Assembly: GCA_963850305.1 (NCBI GenBank)
Contig: CAWKKR010000001.1
Span: forward strand, 832,001 to 896,000
Direction of reading: 5' to 3'
Origin: an uncultured delta proteobacterium
GTDB lineage: Bacteria; Myxococcota_A; Polyangia; Polyangiales; Polyangiaceae
DNA length: 64,000 bases
The position numbers were made by a program, and so were the translations under genes. Every line of letters starts with the position of its first letter. Positions within the stretch are counted from its first letter, which is position 1. Below the pieces are notes generated by a model, which saw only the letters and a program-made list of their open reading frames with translations, did no database searches and had not been told where the DNA came from. Positions 45,116 through 57,909 of the stretch are shown piece by piece.

Positions 45116-45985
45116 TCAGCCGAGCGGGAGGTCCGAATCCGGGATGGTCTTGTAGTCCTTTCGGTCCTTCAGGGCGCGAGTGGCGGCAAAGACCTCCGCG
45201 GCCGTCGTGAGCAGTCGCTCGGGCATCGCGCGAGCAACGTGTTCTCGGATGGTTGCAGAGCCGTGACGTAAGAACGGGTTCGTCCGGCGTTCGATCCCGA
45301 TCGTCGACGGGACGGAGCTGCGGCCGTCGGCGCGAAGCTTCCACGTCTCTGCGATACGGAGCGCGAGATCGGGATTGTCGGGCTCGACGCTCCACGCGAA
45401 CCTGAGATTGTCCTCGGTGTACTCGTGTGCGCAGCAAACACGCGTCCCCTCGTCGAGAGCCGAGAGCCTGGTGAGACTGTCGTGCATCTTCGCCGGAGGG
45501 CCGTCGAACAGATACCCGCAGCCCGCTCCGAACATCGTGTCGCCACAAAACAACAGTCCGTCCATGACGAACGAGACATGACCGTCGATATGCCCTTCGG
45601 TGAGAAGAACGTGCGCAATCTCACCCCCGAATTCCACGCGATCGCCGTCGTCGACTGGCTCGGTGATCCCGGGCACGCCATTTGCGGCGCGCTTCGGCCC
45701 GACCACTCTCATGGTCGCGAGTAAGCCACGGCGTTCCAGATCGCGATTGATGCCCACGTGATCCCCGTGGGTATGCGTGTTTAGGATGGTGCTCAGGCGC
45801 AAGCCGTGGACGTCCACGTAATCGAGGACCTCCGACGCCGACGGTCCATCGACGACGGCGGCCTCACCCCCTTCTGCCACGATCAACCAGATCAAGTTAT
45901 CCCTGGCCGCCGGGATCTGGTGCACGACCAGCCGCCCGCTCGCGGAGCGAAAGGGAGCGGTCGCCTTCGTGACGACGTGGGTCAT
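45116..45985 (-). CDS. gloB: Hydroxyacylglutathione hydrolase (glyoxalase II)
   Basis: DNLIWL, NTHTHGDHVG, GH, FCGDTMFGAGCG, CCAHEYT, PSTIGIERRTNPFLR. Confidence 0.9.
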   Translation of the reverse strand: MTHVVTKATAPFRSASGRLVVHQIPAARDNLIWLIVAEGGEAAVVDGPSASEVLDYVDVHGLRLSTILNTHTHGDHVGINRDLERRGLLATMRVVGPKRAANGVPGITEPVDDGDRVEFGGEIAHVLLTEGHIDGHVSFVMDGLLFCGDTMFGAGCGYLFDGPPAKMHDSLTRLSALDEGTRVCCAHEYTEDNLRFAWSVEPDNPDLALRIAETWKLRADGRSSVPSTIGIERRTNPFLRHGSATIREHVARAMPERLLTTAAEVFAATRALKDRKDYKTIPDSDLPLG

Positions 45986-45992
45986 GAAAGGG

Positions 45993-47165
45993 TCAACTTT
46001 TCTGGGAGCTCTCGGCGACGTGTTTCTGGATGGTGGCCATGACGGCATTGGTCGCCGCGCCCATGAACTCCGCGGCGTGTTCGGTCGCCCAATCGAGAGA
46101 AGCAACCCGCCCGGTGTTCGCCTCGTTGAACTTCGGTAGCACGTGACGAGCAAAGAGCTCGTACGATTTCTTGGTTCGTTCGAACGGAGCCCAGTTGTGC
46201 GCGAGAAGCAGGAACGCGCCAAACGCACCCTGCTTGCGTTCCAGGCGCTCGATCTGATCGATCGCATCTTCCGGAGTACCGATGATCGCGCGGCCGGACG
46301 CAACCAGCCGATCGGCAAGCTCCCCCTCCCCGCGAACGTCGAGATCGCGATTCTGAGCGAGGGGGCTGATACGAGAGAAATAGTCGGCCCACTTCTCGAG
46401 CCCGTACCGCACGTCGGCGCGAGCTTGCTCGCGCGTTTCGGCGATGTGCATCGGACCGACGAGCCTGAGACGGCTCGGGTCCATCCGGTCGCCCCGCTTG
46501 GCAGCGGTCTCGTTCGCGACGCGCCAGTTCACTTCGAGGGCGTCGTAGCCACCGGCAACCGTCGCTGCGACGCACAGCATCCCGAGACCGTACTTGCCCG
46601 CGGCGCGTCCACCCGACGGGGTAACGGAACTCGCCACGGCTACCTCCGGCATCGGCTGCGTGTACGGGCGAAGCTGACACCGAGCGTTTCTCAACTCGTA
46701 CCACTCAGTCTTCTCGGTGACGACTTCCCCGCGCATGAGACGCAAGATGACGTCCAGCGCTTGCATCATCCGATCGCGCTGCTGGGCGACGTCGATACCG
46801 AGCATGAACGCGTCGGATGGCAAGAGCCCCGGCCCCACGCCGAACATCACGCGACCCCGCGTCATGTGGTCGAGTTGAATGATGCGGTCCGCCACCGTGA
46901 GCGGATTGTGATAAGGGAGGCTGACGACTCCCGTACCGAGCCGGATGCGACGCGTGCGCACGGCGGCGGCGGCGATGAAGAGCTCCGGGGACGCGATGAG
47001 CTCGTATCCACCGGAATGATGCTCGCCGATCCACGCTTCGTCGTAGCCGAGCTGATCCAGGAACTCGACGAGGTCCAGATCGCGATGGATCGCTTCCGTG
47101 GGATCCTCGTCGAGGGGATGAAACGGCGCGAGAAAGATACCGGCTCGCAACTTGAACGGGCGCAT
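45993..47165 (-). CDS. Luciferase-like (LLM class) flavin-dependent monooxygenase, limonene monooxygenase-like
   Basis: GIFLAPFHP, GYDEAWIGEHHSGG, LGTGVVSLPYHNP, LDHMTRGRVMFGVGPG. Confidence 0.88.
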   Translation of the reverse strand: MRPFKLRAGIFLAPFHPLDEDPTEAIHRDLDLVEFLDQLGYDEAWIGEHHSGGYELIASPELFIAAAAVRTRRIRLGTGVVSLPYHNPLTVADRIIQLDHMTRGRVMFGVGPGLLPSDAFMLGIDVAQQRDRMMQALDVILRLMRGEVVTEKTEWYELRNARCQLRPYTQPMPEVAVASSVTPSGGRAAGKYGLGMLCVAATVAGGYDALEVNWRVANETAAKRGDRMDPSRLRLVGPMHIAETREQARADVRYGLEKWADYFSRISPLAQNRDLDVRGEGELADRLVASGRAIIGTPEDAIDQIERLERKQGAFGAFLLLAHNWAPFERTKKSYELFARHVLPKFNEANTGRVASLDWATEHAAEFMGAATNAVMATIQKHVAESSQKS

Positions 47166-47557
47166 CCTCGAATGATCCTCGAATCCCCGGGAAAACACTA
47201 CCCACTGGCTTCCCGGCTCGAAGGCATCATCAAAGCGCTCGGCTTCCCCTTCTCGTTGGCGACGACACAAGCGAACTGGGGAAGGGCCGCTTCGAAACAG
47301 GCCCCGTCCGGGAGATCACCGTGAAGGCGCCGGCCCGGCCCCTGTTGGCCGACAGGGGATGATTCTATCGAGGCGGGAATTTGCCTGAGGATGCCTTCGT
47401 CTAGGGAGGTTCGGCCGACCGAAAACGATCGCGCGCCCCCACGAACCATCGTACGAAAGCCACGGGCCCAGTGCTTCTGGTCTTTTCTGCCTGCGAATGA
47501 CCGACCGTGGAGACTATGTCGGAGTCCCCGAGTATCGATGACCGGAGATCCTATCGC

Positions 47558-48310
47558 ATGACCTATTCGTCCCTGATTCGCGCATCTTGCCTCGGGCTGC
47601 TCACGGCATCGTTCTTCCTAGGATGCGGCGGCCGCATCGAATCCGAGTACTCGACGGATGCGGGCACGAAGGTGGATGGCGGCGCAAAATGCGGGGACGG
47701 GGTGATCGAGGGCGCCGAGGAGTGTGAAGGTACGAACTTCCAAGGGGCGAATTGTGCGAGCGAGACGCTCATCACCACGTCGCAAGGCACGCTTCGCTGC
47801 GTCGCCTGCAAGATCGACTTCAGTGGTTGCAGTGACGTGGGCGGCGGCGCGGGAGCCGGCGGCGCCTTCGGAACCGGCGGCGCCTTCGGAACCGGCGGCG
47901 CCTTCGGAACCGGCGGCGCCTTCGGAACCGGCGGCGCCTTCGGAACCGGCGGCGCGAGTGGTGGTGGCGGCGCGACTGGCGTTCAGTGCACGGCCGACGC
48001 CGCGTGCCTCGATGGAGAGCACTGCTGCGGCAAGATCAGCGGTGGTACTTACACGGGGTTCGCCTGCAGTGGCACGTGCGCTCAAGGCGACACGCCCGTG
48101 GAGTGCAGCCGCCAGGCTGACTGTACCGGCAGTCAGGTGTGTTGCGGCACAACCAACGCGCTGGGAACGCAATATACCTCCCTCACCTGCGCGACGACCT
48201 GCACTGGCGCGGGCCAGCGACTCCTCTGCACGGCGAATGGCGAATGCAGCGGCGGCACGAGCTGCCTCGCGAGCCAGCTGCTGCCCGCAGGCTTCAAGGT
48301 CTGTCGCTGA
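47558..48310 (+). CDS. Cys-rich lipoprotein with (GGAFGT)5 linker
   Basis: Lipobox FLGC; CGDGVIEGAEECEG myxococcal cysteine-rich motif. Confidence 0.75.
   Translation: MTYSSLIRASCLGLLTASFFLGCGGRIESEYSTDAGTKVDGGAKCGDGVIEGAEECEGTNFQGANCASETLITTSQGTLRCVACKIDFSGCSDVGGGAGAGGAFGTGGAFGTGGAFGTGGAFGTGGAFGTGGASGGGGATGVQCTADAACLDGEHCCGKISGGTYTGFACSGTCAQGDTPVECSRQADCTGSQVCCGTTNALGTQYTSLTCATTCTGAGQRLLCTANGECSGGTSCLASQLLPAGFKVCR
47858..47955 (+). repeat. 18-bp perfect tandem repeat x5 (coding VNTR)
   Basis: GGCGGCGCCTTCGGAACC five times. Confidence 0.95.
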
Positions 48311-48445
48311 CGTCACGGGAACCCGCGACGAACCGACATTCGCTTCGTATCGCACAGGAGCGCCCATCCGCGGACGAGGGCGCACCTAACGGCGTCGCGA
48401 GCGCTCGTCGCGCGAAGATTTTACGTGGTATGATTCGAACTGGAT

Positions 48446-48892
48446 GTGTCGATGACGATAGAGTGGTGGATCCTGGGCGGGGACCGGAAACCGATTGGTC
48501 CAGTGAAACACGATTTGGTCGTGCAAGGTATTTCGGCCGGGCGAATCCCTGTGGACTCGCTCGTGTGCCAGGTCGGCGGCGCGGAGTGGGTCCCGATTCG
48601 CGGCGTGGAAGGCTTCAGCAAGGCATTCGCGAAACTGCGGATCGACGGCCCAACCATGGTCGACCCGTTGCCGCTGATGCCGGAGCCAGGGATCGTCGAT
48701 ATGGATGAGGCGATCACCATGAACGGAGTCCAGCTTCGTGACTTCGACGATGCGCCCGAGCACACGATCGCCGAGGTCGTGCATCCACTCCGACCCGAGA
48801 CGATAGCTCCGTCGAGTTTGCAAAAATTCGAAGACTCCTCCGAGGCAACCGTCGTCGAAGAGCCGCTTCACCTCACGGAGCGGCCCCGCTAG
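48446..48892 (+). CDS. Hypothetical protein with GYF_2-like N-terminal domain
   Basis: WWI..G...IGPV...L..GI.AGRIP.DSLV.QVG..EWVPI pattern. Confidence 0.6.
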   Translation: MSMTIEWWILGGDRKPIGPVKHDLVVQGISAGRIPVDSLVCQVGGAEWVPIRGVEGFSKAFAKLRIDGPTMVDPLPLMPEPGIVDMDEAITMNGVQLRDFDDAPEHTIAEVVHPLRPETIAPSSLQKFEDSSEATVVEEPLHLTERPR

Positions 48893-48983
48893 AAGTCCGT
48901 CCGCGACGCGGGCGATTCGCGGGGCTGTCGCTCCACGTCACCCAGTCGAACGGGTGTATGCTTTGCAATCGAGACCAGCGCCA

Positions 48984-49208
48984 ATGACCCACCCCGAATT
49001 CGACCCCGAGTACGTCTTCAGTCAACACAAGGCGACGCCGGAGAACATCGCCCACTACGAGGCGATCCACGAAGGCGCAAAAGCCTTCGCGAAGGTGCTA
49101 CTCGCCCATACGCCAGCGTGCCAGGATCAGCTTGCTGCCCTTCAACTCTTGCGAGAAGCAGCGATGACCGCCAACGCCGCCATCGCCCTCGGCGGTCGGT
49201 GGAAGTAA
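48984..49208 (+). CDS. 74-aa helical-hairpin protein, Acb2/Tad1-hairpin-like
   Basis: F-x-x-H-x-x-T..YEAI..AK.FA..L..TP...D..AAL..LREA.MTANAAIA pattern. Confidence 0.65.
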   Translation: MTHPEFDPEYVFSQHKATPENIAHYEAIHEGAKAFAKVLLAHTPACQDQLAALQLLREAAMTANAAIALGGRWK

Positions 49209-49215
49209 CTCTCGG

Positions 49216-49287
49216 AGCCCTCTTTCGGACTTGAACCGAAGACCTGCGCTTTACGAAAGCGCTGCTCTACCACTGAGCTAAGAGGGC
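49216..49287 (-). tRNA. tRNA-Thr (anticodon CGT), CCA not encoded
   Basis: GCCCTCT TAGCTCAGTGGTAGAGC A GCGCT TTCGTAA AGCGC AGGTC TTCGG TTCAAGT CCGAA AGAGGGC T: full cloverleaf. Confidence 0.97.
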
Positions 49288-49399
49288 GATGATTGAGTAC
49301 GCGCGAAATCGATCGAGGCCCGAGGCGCCTGCGGAAGCCCGCGGGGCGCCGCGACGGAAGGCGGGGAGCATACGCAGCCTCGGATTCGAGTCAAGCCGC

Positions 49400-49771
49400 G
49401 TGACGACGTGCGGCGCCCTTCGAAGCGCGGGCTTCTCGGTAGTGTTGACCGTCCTGGTCGCTCTACTGGGATGCGCTCCGACGGTCGGAACGATTGGCGC
49501 CGTGCTGGCCCAAGCCCCGGACGGGCGCCTGTTCGTCCACGAGACACCCCAGGGTCTAGCCGCCGAGCGCGAGGGTCTGCGCCCGGGAGACGAGATCCTG
49601 CTCATCGATGGGATGGACGTCAGGCGCATGAACGAACCCGAACTTCACCACGCCCTGTCAGGCGACGCAGGGACAACCGTTAGACTCACGATCGTACGCG
49701 GCCCAGAGGTGATCCACGCAGCCGTGAAACGCACGCCGGCTCCGGCACGGGAGCGCACGGGTTCCGGCTGA
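49400..49771 (+). CDS. PDZ-domain lipoprotein
   Basis: Lipobox [39 protein letters not shown]; start codon uncertain. Confidence 0.78.
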   Translation: MTTCGALRSAGFSVVLTVLVALLGCAPTVGTIGAVLAQAPDGRLFVHETPQGLAAEREGLRPGDEILLIDGMDVRRMNEPELHHALSGDAGTTVRLTIVRGPEVIHAAVKRTPAPARERTGSG

Positions 49772-49818
49772 CTTTCGTTTCTTCATCGCCGATGGCCGTG
49801 GTAGTGTCCGCGGCCGCC

Positions 49819-51216
49819 ATGAGCCGACACCTTTTCACGTCCGAATCCGTCACGGAAGGCCACCCCGACAAGCTGTGCGACGCGATCAGCGACTCCGTGC
49901 TGGATGCCGTTCTTGCTCAAGATCCGCGCGCGCGGGTCGCCTGTGAGACCTTTTGCAAGACCGGGTTCGTCATCGTCGGTGGGGAGATCACGACCACGGC
50001 GAGGGTCGACTTCGGGCGCCTGGCGCGGCAAGCGATCAAGGAGATCGGGTACACGAGCTCCGCGATGGGCTTCGATTGGGAGACGTGTGCGGTGATGACG
50101 GCGATCGAGCCCCAGTCTCCGGATATTTCCCAGGGCGTGACCGAGGGAGAAGGACTCCATAAAGAGCAAGGTGCAGGCGATCAAGGCCTCATGTTCGGCT
50201 TTGCATGCGACGAAACGCCGGAGCTGATGCCGGCGCCGATCATGTACGCCCATCGTTTGACCGAACGGCTTTCACTCGTGCGAAAGAAGGGCGAGGTGAA
50301 CTTCCTGCGCCCGGACGGGAAGAGCCAGGTCACGGTGGAGTATGCCGGTGACGTCCCCAAGCGAATCGAGACCGTCGTCCTCTCGACTCAGCATTCCCCG
50401 GAAGTGAGCCATGATGAATTGCACGCCGTCGTGATGGACATCATCGTCAAGAAGGCGCTCCCGGCGAAGCTCCTCGACAAGGAAACGAAGTTCTTCATCA
50501 ATCCAACGGGACGTTTTGTCATCGGGGGTCCGTTCGGAGATGCAGGGCTCACCGGGCGGAAGATCATCGTCGACACTTACGGTGGGATGGGCCGACACGG
50601 CGGCGGAGCGTTCAGCGGCAAGGATCCGTCGAAGGTCGACCGATCCGCAGCCTATTTCGCCCGCTATGTGGCAAAGAACGTGGTCGCTTCTGGGGTCGCC
50701 CGGCGCTGTGAACTTCAAGTCGCGTATGCCATCGGCGTCGCGAGGCCCGTCGGCGTGCACGTCAACACCTTCGGCACCGGCAAGGTCGACGATGACACGC
50801 TGGGGGACTATATCGCCGCGAACTTCGACATGCGACCGCGGGCCATCATCGAGCAACTCGATCTCCTGCGGCCAATCTATCGGGCCACGGCTGCTTATGG
50901 CCATTTCGGTCGCAAGGGCTTCCCCTGGGAGAGGCTCGATCGCGCCAAGCAGATCGCGAAGGATCTCGTGGGTCGCGGGAGCAGGAAAGCTGCAGCCTCC
51001 GTACCGGAGAAGGCGGCGGCGCCGGCGGCCGGGACGACGCGCCGTCGCGGACGAGTGGCGCCGGCAGCCACAGTTGACAAGGCGCGCGCGGCTAAGGCCA
51101 AAGACGCCCGCGAGGAGCGGTCACCCAAGTCGACGCGACGGGTGAAGGCGGGGCGCCCCTCCGCCGGGACGCAGCCTGCGTCCAAGCGTCGAGCGGGCCG
51201 TCGCGCCCAACGCTGA
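49819..51216 (+). CDS. metK: S-adenosylmethionine synthetase with basic C-terminal extension
   Basis: [58 protein letters not shown]. Confidence 0.97.
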   Translation: MSRHLFTSESVTEGHPDKLCDAISDSVLDAVLAQDPRARVACETFCKTGFVIVGGEITTTARVDFGRLARQAIKEIGYTSSAMGFDWETCAVMTAIEPQSPDISQGVTEGEGLHKEQGAGDQGLMFGFACDETPELMPAPIMYAHRLTERLSLVRKKGEVNFLRPDGKSQVTVEYAGDVPKRIETVVLSTQHSPEVSHDELHAVVMDIIVKKALPAKLLDKETKFFINPTGRFVIGGPFGDAGLTGRKIIVDTYGGMGRHGGGAFSGKDPSKVDRSAAYFARYVAKNVVASGVARRCELQVAYAIGVARPVGVHVNTFGTGKVDDDTLGDYIAANFDMRPRAIIEQLDLLRPIYRATAAYGHFGRKGFPWERLDRAKQIAKDLVGRGSRKAAASVPEKAAAPAAGTTRRRGRVAPAATVDKARAAKAKDAREERSPKSTRRVKAGRPSAGTQPASKRRAGRRAQR

Positions 51217-51217
51217 A

Positions 51218-52411
51218 TCAAGACTGTCGGCGGCGCCGACCAGCCAGCAACCCGAGCGCCGCGATTGCCGCCAGGGCGCCGCCGTGCGGAGCGTGGCCAC
51301 CCAAGCTGCATCCGCAGCCGGAACTGTTCGCCTTCTTCTGCACCGGCGAGGCGCCCTTGGTCGCTGGCCCCGCAGCGTCGGGTTCCCCGGCGTCCGGTCC
51401 GGAGTCTCCCCCCAGCTTTTCGCAGGAGATACCCTCGACGGCGGCGTTCGACGCGTCGAGCTTCGGCGCGCAACCACCCGCCATGCCATATCCCAACGAC
51501 GCCGGCAGGGGATGACAGACGAAGTCCGGATTCTGACAATCCGCGTCGCAGTTGCAGAGCTCCGCACACGCGCCGACGTCGCCCATCCCCTCATTCTGAT
51601 CGATGAGCGGAATACATGTGGCCGTGGGCTGCATTGATGTCGCCGGCCCGCAGGCGGTGGTCGCGCCGAGGCTACAGACCCTGGTGCATGCGGAGTTCGC
51701 GCTGGACGGCGTGCCGGCGCCGACGGTCAGACACGCCCCGTCGCAAGTATTGGTCGTACCGGTCGGATCGCAAGCGGCTCCGATCGACCCGGTGCCGAGG
51801 CTGACGCTGTCGGAGCACAGACCGCTCAGAGGATCGCACTTTCGAGTCCCGCAGGCGGCGTCGTTCGCGCACGTGGGTGCGCAGTACCCGACGTCTTGCG
51901 GGTTCGGCGCGCACGCCATGTCGGACCGGTCGTGACACTTCGGCGTATCGGTGGTCTGCGTGCCCTCCTGGCAGCGCTCGTAGCAATACGCGACCGCCTT
52001 CGCCGCATCGCCGACGATGCACACGGATCCCGTGTCGATTGCATCGCAATCGGCCTCGCCGTTGACGGCGCAACTGACGGTGCAAAGCCCGTTCGCGGGC
52101 CCGTCACCATCCAGCGCTTTGCTGGAAGACGGCAGGCAATCGAGCCCGGGCGCACAGTCCGATGCCGTCTTGCATGCGGCGCCGATTATGAACTTCGGCG
52201 CGCCCGCATCGTGACGAGCCGGCGCACTGGCGTCGGATCCCCGGGATCCCCCCGAGTCCGGGATTGGTCCCGCCGTTCCGTCCGGCTTGCTCGCGTCCAT
52301 TCGACTTGCGTCCGCCTGACCAGCATCTTTCGAGCCGGCATCGGCCGCGAGCGCAGTGCCGGACCAGAGCAAGAAGGCGACGCTCACCCCACAAGCAGAC
52401 TGCAGTTTCAC
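51218..52411 (-). CDS. Secreted Cys-rich protein with MYXO-CTERM-like anchor
   Basis: Signal peptide, DAG linkers, Cys-rich core, SSGCGCSLG...LLAGRRRRQS. Confidence 0.82.
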   Translation of the reverse strand: MKLQSACGVSVAFLLWSGTALAADAGSKDAGQADASRMDASKPDGTAGPIPDSGGSRGSDASAPARHDAGAPKFIIGAACKTASDCAPGLDCLPSSSKALDGDGPANGLCTVSCAVNGEADCDAIDTGSVCIVGDAAKAVAYCYERCQEGTQTTDTPKCHDRSDMACAPNPQDVGYCAPTCANDAACGTRKCDPLSGLCSDSVSLGTGSIGAACDPTGTTNTCDGACLTVGAGTPSSANSACTRVCSLGATTACGPATSMQPTATCIPLIDQNEGMGDVGACAELCNCDADCQNPDFVCHPLPASLGYGMAGGCAPKLDASNAAVEGISCEKLGGDSGPDAGEPDAAGPATKGASPVQKKANSSGCGCSLGGHAPHGGALAAIAALGLLAGRRRRQS

Positions 52412-52606
52412 CGGCTGGTTCCTATCCGGCTCGAATCGCTTCGGGCCGTTCGATTGGAGGACACTCGATGGTGTCGCGCCCTCGATCGCGGTTCAAGCAG
52501 TATCGACTCCGAGAATCCCGGCGGCGCGCCGTCGACCATTCGGCTCGACTCCACGACGAGGAGCGTCGCTGGATTCCATGATACGAAAAGCCTGGAAGCA
52601 CGCCCA

Positions 52607-53416
52607 ATGGACGACGACCGGATCATCGCCGTTTCGCCACGGCACGCTGTCCGACTCGCGCGAGAATACGTCACGCTCGTCGAACGCGCGCCCGCCGCTG
52701 ATTATGTCGTTCGCACGATCGCTCGCCGTGAGGCCAACGGGCTATTTCTGATGACTGCCGAGATCGTGATCGCCGGACGCGACGCACGAGATCGCTATCC
52801 ACTCGCGGCAACCTATCCGCTGCACTTTCGGAAAACGTATTCGCTTGCCCGGCTGCACGGCGACACCGCGGTGGAATTCGAGAATCAGACCTCCGCGAGC
52901 CGGCTCATCTGGGTTCCACCGCCCATCGGGTTCGCGGGTGACGCGTTCCGGAGCTGCCTGGTCCCGGGGCGTCCCTATCAACGCCTGACGCCCTTCGGAG
53001 TGGAACCGGAAGAGAGCAACATCCGCGTCGCACAGAACCTACCGCTCGCGACGGCGGCAGGACTGTGGCGACTTGCCGAAGAGGGTCTCCAGCGTCTCAC
53101 GAGTCTCCATGCCGGGGGTCTCTCGCACGGCGATGCCGAGCTCCAGAACTTCGTCGTGTGTCCCGCCCCGCTCGAGCTGGTCGTGATCGACTTCGAAGCC
53201 GCAGTCCACCAAAGCGCGCTGGACACGGCCGCATGGGAGCGCGCCCGCGCCAAGGATCTCGAGCCGCTGCTCCGCGAGGCCATATTCTTGCAGTGTGCCC
53301 TAGGACGTCAGGAGGGACAGCTCGCGGACCTTTCCTGGGACGGAATGGATCGCTTGTTCCGCTCTCCCGATCTCTTTCGTCGCGCCATCGAATCACACGG
53401 CGATCCAACGGAGTGA
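52607..53416 (+). CDS. Atypical protein-kinase-like (RIO/Kdo/APH-like) protein
   Basis: Catalytic loop LHAGGLSHGDAELQNF and VVIDFE; FRKTY may carry the ATP-binding Lys. Confidence 0.6.
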   Translation: MDDDRIIAVSPRHAVRLAREYVTLVERAPAADYVVRTIARREANGLFLMTAEIVIAGRDARDRYPLAATYPLHFRKTYSLARLHGDTAVEFENQTSASRLIWVPPPIGFAGDAFRSCLVPGRPYQRLTPFGVEPEESNIRVAQNLPLATAAGLWRLAEEGLQRLTSLHAGGLSHGDAELQNFVVCPAPLELVVIDFEAAVHQSALDTAAWERARAKDLEPLLREAIFLQCALGRQEGQLADLSWDGMDRLFRSPDLFRRAIESHGDPTE

Positions 53417-53690
53417 TGCGCACCGTCGCCCACCCCGCCGGCGCACCGCGCATACGTTCCTCGACAGCGACATCGTCGTTTCGCCGGTGCACGTCGCTCA
53501 GCTGCACCGCGGGTCGGAGACCAGCAGCCCGTCGCAAAGCCTGGTCGCGACAAGCTGGAGCGCGCGCGCTGCCCCCCGCGTCGCCCACCGGGCGGGGGCG
53601 AAAACGCGGGGTCGGCCCAGGTCCCGGCCTGGTCGCGCCACCGGAGCGCGGCGAAACAGAAGCTCCAACCGGAATTTGCGGGCGCTGGCC

Positions 53691-55856
<2,166 letters not shown>

Positions 55857-55905
55857 GATCTTGTTCCTTTGCCGCTTTCACCCGGGCGTTGGCTCCCGGA
55901 AAAAA

Positions 55906-57318
55906 TTAGATGTCGAAGTAGAGGTGAAACTCGTACGGATGAGGGCGAAGCCGGATCTGGTTGATCTCCTGCTCGTACTTGTACTCGACGTGCATGTCGA
56001 GCACGTCCCTGGTGAAGACGTCGCCTTTGAGGAGGTACTGATGATCTCGCTCGAGTTCCGCGAGGGCCTCTTCCAGCGAGGCAGGCATGCGCGGAACGTC
56101 CTTCAACTCCTCCGGCGACAGAGAATAGATGTCCTTGTCGAGGGGATCCCGCGGATCGAGCTTGTTCTGGATGCCGTCGAGACCGGCGAGCACCAAAGCA
56201 GCGAACGCGAGATAAGGATTGCACGTCGGGTCCGGGAACCGCGACTCGATTCTCTTCGACTTCGGCGAGGACGAGTACGTCGAGATGCGGATCGCCGCGG
56301 ACCGATTGCGGCTCGAATAGGCGAGGTTGACCGGCGCTTCGAATCCGGGCACGAGCCGCTTGTAGCTATTCAGCGTCGGGTTCGTGATCGCCGCGAGCGA
56401 TCGCGCGTGCTTCAAGATGCCGCCGATGTAATGAAGGGCGAGCTCGCTCATGCCCGCATAGCCGTCCCCGGCAAACAGCGGCTTCCCTTCCTTCCACAGC
56501 GACTGGTGCACGTGCATGCCATTACCGTTGTCTCCGAAGAGCGGCTTTGGCATGAACGTGGCTGTCTTCCCGTATTTCCACGCAGTATTCTTCACCACGT
56601 ATTTGAACCAGAGCAGCTTGTCGGCCATCCGAAGGAGGCTGTCGTATTGCATGTCGATCTCGCCCTGACCGGCGGTCGCGACCTCGTGATGCGACACCTC
56701 GATGGGGATCCCCAGCGCCTCCATTGTCTGGACGATGTCCGTGCGCAGGTCCTGCTGGGTGTCGTTCGGGGGAAGCGGAAAGTAACCTTCCTTCGTGCGA
56801 ATCTTGTTGCCTAGGTTCGGTCCCTCGTCGCGCCCCGTGTTCCATGCTGCCTCGCCGGAGTCGACTCGGTGCATGCTCGAGTTACCCTGGTAGTCGTAGC
56901 GGACGTCATCGAAGATGAAAAACTCCGCCTCCGGCCCGATGTACGCGGTGTCGGCAATCCCGGTGCTCTTCAGGTAGACCTCGAGTTTCTTGGCGATGTG
57001 CCGCGGATCGCGCGTGTAATTCTGCCGGGTGATCGTGTCCTGGATCGTGCAGAGCAGCACCATCGTCGGGTGCTTCATGAACGGATCCATCTTCGCAGTG
57101 GCCGGATCCGGGATCAGCAGCATGTCGCTCGCGTTGATTGGCTGAAAGCCTCGAATCGACGACCCGTCGAACCCCACACCTTCCGTGAAGGTGGACTCTT
57201 CGAGCCGATAGAACGGTGTGCTCGTGTGCTGCTGCTTGCCGGGGAGATCGATGAACCGATAGTCCACCATCACGGCCCCATTCTTCTTCCCGAACTCGAT
57301 TGCTTCCTTAGGCGTCAT
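55906..57318 (-). CDS. glnA: Glutamine synthetase type I (beta, adenylylation Tyr present)
   Basis: [54 protein letters not shown]. Confidence 0.97.
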   Translation of the reverse strand: MTPKEAIEFGKKNGAVMVDYRFIDLPGKQQHTSTPFYRLEESTFTEGVGFDGSSIRGFQPINASDMLLIPDPATAKMDPFMKHPTMVLLCTIQDTITRQNYTRDPRHIAKKLEVYLKSTGIADTAYIGPEAEFFIFDDVRYDYQGNSSMHRVDSGEAAWNTGRDEGPNLGNKIRTKEGYFPLPPNDTQQDLRTDIVQTMEALGIPIEVSHHEVATAGQGEIDMQYDSLLRMADKLLWFKYVVKNTAWKYGKTATFMPKPLFGDNGNGMHVHQSLWKEGKPLFAGDGYAGMSELALHYIGGILKHARSLAAITNPTLNSYKRLVPGFEAPVNLAYSSRNRSAAIRISTYSSSPKSKRIESRFPDPTCNPYLAFAALVLAGLDGIQNKLDPRDPLDKDIYSLSPEELKDVPRMPASLEEALAELERDHQYLLKGDVFTRDVLDMHVEYKYEQEINQIRLRPHPYEFHLYFDI

Positions 57319-57428
57319 CTGGCTTTTCTAGTCCGTGATGAAACGCGTTGCGACCACGGACGTGCGGCGGCGCCTCCGCGATTGAATGCGCCGCGCCGTG
57401 GGGAGTCGGCGTGAGAACGCGCGAGGAC

Positions 57429-57818
<390 letters not shown>

Positions 57819-57883
57819 TTAGGCATTTTTTCGGAGCGTTTGCTCCACGGGTGGACCGTCATTAGCCGACTACCGGCTCCGTC

Positions 57884-57909
57884 GTTTCCAAAATGTTTCG
57901 GTGAAACAT
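57884..57909. promoter_or_regulatory. Candidate transcription-factor site upstream of glnB
   Basis: Palindrome ATGTTTC-GGT-GAAACAT (57893-57909) overlapping direct repeat GTTTC-N6-GTTTC (57884-57899). Confidence 0.4.

Noticed and set aside
44765..49215. Prophage or integrative element at tRNA-Thr
   Set aside because: No integrase, phage genes or duplicated tRNA 3' end (att) seen
55880..55905. Intrinsic terminator between glnA and GSIII
   Set aside because: The hairpin has its T-run on the wrong (5') side for the coding strand
57325..57425. Known glutamine (glnA-motif) riboswitch
   Set aside because: Lacks the recognisable E-loop AGUA/GAA core
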